Assembly: GCA_965215505.1 (NCBI GenBank) | Contig: OZ244065.1 | Span: 3,360,001-3,424,000 of the forward strand | Reading direction: 5' to 3' | Source: Capsulimonadaceae bacterium | Lineage (GTDB): Bacteria; Armatimonadota; Armatimonadia; Armatimonadales; Capsulimonadaceae | DNA: 64,000 bases | In this document: piece after piece, positions 63,298 to 64,000 of the stretch | Layout of the letters: each line of letters opens with the position of its first letter | Position numbering within the stretch: position 1 is the stretch's first letter | Translations under genes and position numbers: made by a program | Notes under the pieces: generated by a model | What the model was told of the DNA's origin: nothing | Database searches by the model: none | Seen by the model: only the letters and a program-made list of their open reading frames with translations

Positions 63298-64000
63298 ATG
63301 TCTCTTTCTCGCAGCCCCTTTCCGCTCCTCCTGCTCGCCCTCGCCTTCGCGGCCCTCCTGCCCAACACCGCCCCCTGCCGCGCCGTCCCCCTCACCGTCC
63401 TGCACACGTTCGGCGACGGTGGGCCCATCCGGCCCAGGCGCGGCGATCACACAGCCCTGAACGGCGCGCGGCCGGTGGCCGCCCTCCTCCAGGGGGTGGA
63501 CGGCGCGCTCTACGGCACTTCCGTGAACGGGGGCGCGCACGGGCAGGGGGCGGTCTTCCGGATCAACACGGACGGGACCGGGTTCGCCGTCCTGCACTCG
63601 TTCGACTCGCTGGTCTTCAGCCTGTCCGGCCTGACCAACGAAGCCGGCCTGACCAACGAAGGCGGGGCCGCCGTCAGCGGCGCGCTCGTGCAGGCGGCGG
63701 GCGGGACGCTGTACGGGGTGGCGGGCCTCGGCGGGTCGGCGGGCGGCGGCGTCGTCTTCAAGCTCAGCCCCAACGGGGCAGGGTTCCGGGTCATCCACAA
63801 CTTCGGACACCTGGGCGAGAACTTCGGACGCCTGGGGGAGCCGGTGACGGGCCGCAACGGCGGCGGGGCCGGGCCGGCCGCCCTGACACTCGGGATGGAC
63901 GGCCTGCTGTACGGGGTCGCGCTCCTCGGGGGCGCGGACGGCGGGGGCGTGGTCTTCCGGCTGGGCCAGGACGGCAAGGACTTCAAGGTCCTGCACGCCT
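63298..64000 (+). CDS. Secreted GloVer-type tandem-repeat protein, truncated by the window end
   Basis: Not in the ORF track; manual translation from ATG 63298 (GAGG site): MSLSRSPFPLLLLALAFAALL...LLQGVDGALYGTSVNGGAHGQGAVFRINTDGTGFAVLHSF, with the repeat recurring to the end. Confidence 0.85.
   Translation, partial: MSLSRSPFPLLLLALAFAALLPNTAPCRAVPLTVLHTFGDGGPIRPRRGDHTALNGARPVAALLQGVDGALYGTSVNGGAHGQGAVFRINTDGTGFAVLHSFDSLVFSLSGLTNEAGLTNEGGAAVSGALVQAAGGTLYGVAGLGGSAGGGVVFKLSPNGAGFRVIHNFGHLGENFGRLGEPVTGRNGGGAGPAALTLGMDGLLYGVALLGGADGGGVVFRLGQDGKDFKVLHA

Noticed and set aside
3572-63996. Long antisense or alternate-frame ORFs (e.g. 3572-5620, 7070-9703, 17613-19685, 58984-61113, 61427-63262, 63196-63996)
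   Set aside because: They shadow motif-supported genes on the other strand or frame, have no recognisable motifs, and are expected from stop-codon scarcity at high GC.

Overview
High-GC bacterial chromosomal window with about 39 protein-coding genes. No rRNA, tRNA, CRISPR array or intact transposase was recognised. Gene content suggests Armatimonadota, which is inference only. In order: a secreted beta-helix carbohydrate enzyme; an ECF sigma/anti-sigma operon with two paralogous unknown membrane proteins; a PAS-GAF-PP2C phosphatase with an AhpD-like N-terminus; tandem-domain ThyX; a POTRA-retropepsin-PDZ fusion; a dsbA-ORF6N-S8-Uma2-FAH run; AraC plus PhyH dioxygenases; a ~19 kb xyloglucan-type glycoside hydrolase locus (GH2, three GH3, GH74, GH31, GH35) with no transporter; rny-ymdB; UbiA; an atypical YchF; a coiled-coil McrB(NxD)/DUF2357-McrC pair resembling CoCoNuT type IV restriction; a second PP2C; and a truncated GloVer-repeat protein. 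The most striking signal is non-coding. (1) Intergenic spaces are full of nested, covarying double-hairpin inverted doublets from at least four sequence families that share one structural grammar. They bracket gene blocks and one sits in frame in a signal peptide. (2) GTAG-type REPs are abundant, supply two stop codons and lie at the start of several tandem expansions. (3) The ORF6N gene contains a fully compensated 27-bp palindrome, with two more in-frame variant copies in tandem just upstream. All assignments are from motif reading; no searches were run.
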